Program-made: the position numbers and the translations under genes
Part shown: positions 33,795-34,711 of the stretch, one piece after another
Layout of the letters: each line of letters opens with the position of its first letter
How positions within the stretch are numbered: the first letter of the stretch is position 1
The notes under the pieces: generated by a model
Databases searched by the model: none
Told to the model about the DNA's origin: nothing
What the model saw: only the letters and a program-made list of their open reading frames with translations
Assembly (NCBI GenBank): GCA_041173945.1
Contig: JBEDHS010000037.1
Location: forward strand, 1-34,711
Direction: 5' to 3'
Length of the DNA: 34,711 nt
Origin: Actinomycetota bacterium
GTDB taxonomy: Bacteria; Actinomycetota; Acidimicrobiia; Acidimicrobiales; Ilumatobacteraceae

Positions 33795-34711
33795 TTACAT
33801 TTGTATTTCTTCTTGTCTATTGTTCTGGCGCTTTTTCCATGTCGCGCCCCCGCCAACGATGAGGAGCAGCAACAGCAACACGAGCAGAAGTCGTGTGCCA
33901 CCAACACCAGGGACATTCAAGAAACTATTGCCATCATCACCACGAGTATCAGATGAATCGCCGCTATCTATATTGCCGTCATTAACTGTGATGCCATCGT
34001 CAACTGCATCGTCAACTACATCGTCATTTCCGTCAACGGCAGGTACAACAATCGATGATGTTCCTGAATCCTTTTTCGAGGTCTTCTTCTTCGGTTTTGC
34101 CTTCTCAACAGGTGCGTCAATGGCAGGCTGATCAATGACAGGTTCCTCCACCACTGGAGCTGGCGACACAGCAACGGACACTGTGTTCGTCGCAGCAATG
34201 AAGCGACCAGACGCAGTCTTTGTTGCCTCGATGATGCATTCGCCCACTGCAAGTGCGGTCACAGTGTTGTCATCTGCGAGTGAACAAATTTCTGGAGTTA
34301 ACGAGATTGCACTCAATACACCATCACCATCTCCACCAGAGATTGAGAGCAATGTGGTCTGACCCACAGTTAGTGCAGGCAATCCAGTGCTCATCTCAAT
34401 CGGTATCGCTTGCGGAGCGAGAGCGCCAAACATGCTCAGATGACGAGTCAGTACCCATAGGTCACCGTCGGCATCAATGTAGTAACCGTCTTCAACTCCG
34501 TCTGGCAATACAGCACTGTCTAACCTGTTCATAAGTCGCCAGGTTGCTCCGTTATCACCTGAGTACACCGGTGCTGAGTCGATCGCAGGACGAGCAAGCT
34601 TGATGCGAACTGGGACGTTCAAATTAGTGACACGCGAACCGTCCTCATTTTCAGCCGTCAGTCGAACCATGCGATATCCGGCCGGAACGTGTTCAGACAT
34701 AAGTGCAGTTG
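33795..34711 (-). CDS. Big_2 (bacterial Ig-like) domain surface protein with a Lys/Ser-rich and poly-Asp tract and a C-terminal TM anchor (probably 5'-truncated by window edge)
   Basis: Big_2-like LTVGQTTLLSISGGDGDGVLSAISLTPEICSLADDNTVTALAVGECIIEATKTASG. Followed by EKAKPKKKTSKKDSGTSS, a D-rich tract and then LLLVLLLLLLIVGGG-WKKRQ. The frame stays open from the ATG at 34700 to the window end, and there is no signal peptide after that ATG. Confidence 0.65.
   Translation of the reverse strand, partial: TALMSEHVPAGYRMVRLTAENEDGSRVTNLNVPVRIKLARPAIDSAPVYSGDNGATWRLMNRLDSAVLPDGVEDGYYIDADGDLWVLTRHLSMFGALAPQAIPIEMSTGLPALTVGQTTLLSISGGDGDGVLSAISLTPEICSLADDNTVTALAVGECIIEATKTASGRFIAATNTVSVAVSPAPVVEEPVIDQPAIDAPVEKAKPKKKTSKKDSGTSSIVVPAVDGNDDVVDDAVDDGITVNDGNIDSGDSSDTRGDDGNSFLNVPGVGGTRLLLVLLLLLLIVGGGATWKKRQNNRQEEIQM

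Noticed and set aside
33843-33930. A possible sortase or other C-terminal sorting signal in the Big_2 protein (NVPGVGGT followed by a hydrophobic stretch and a KKRQ tail).
   Set aside because: There is no LPXTG or LAXTG motif. The sequence only shows a generic TM segment with a basic tail, so I call it a C-terminal membrane anchor.
1-34711. CRISPR arrays, IS elements, long tandem or inverted repeats, rRNA, and prophage or defence-system genes.
   Set aside because: None were seen. Intergenic gaps are at most 123 bp and every large ORF has a plausible metabolic or envelope assignment. The only long-range similarity is the diverged CotH paralogue pair.

Overview
The window is 34.7 kb of moderate-GC bacterial chromosome, almost certainly from an actinobacterium. 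The lineage call rests on a mycothiol S-conjugate amidase (Mca), an F420-type luciferase-like oxidoreductase, an LCP ligase, a glf-glfT2 pair, a mycobacterial-type DapD and an Rv3303c-like LpdA. Coding density is very high. I found no transposase, integrase, CRISPR array or rRNA. Positions 1-26.9 kb hold mostly housekeeping and cell-envelope genes: mca, a PEBP lipoprotein, a PAS-GGDEF-EAL protein, an LCP protein, birA, accA, an lpdA-like gene, lysS, dapD, a nitroreductase, a methylmalonyl-CoA mutase large subunit, RidA, a class II aldolase, an EamA transporter, a SpoIID-SGNH-PG-binding fusion, glfT2, glf, a rhodanese-ThiF protein, a sirtuin, a hypothetical protein, an LLM oxidoreductase, uppP and an acyltransferase-3. 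The most unusual part is 26.9-34.7 kb. There, two diverged paralogous secreted proteins of about 900 aa (lamin-tail domains plus a CotH kinase-like core) bracket a translationally coupled DUF4956 membrane protein and VTC (polyphosphate-polymerase-like tunnel) protein. A tRNA-Glu(CUC) and a tail-anchored Big_2 surface protein with a Lys/Ser-rich and poly-acidic tract are also in this locus. I propose it as a candidate uncharacterised extracytoplasmic phosphorylation or polyphosphate system. All calls come from reading the supplied translations and the DNA by eye. No database search was run.
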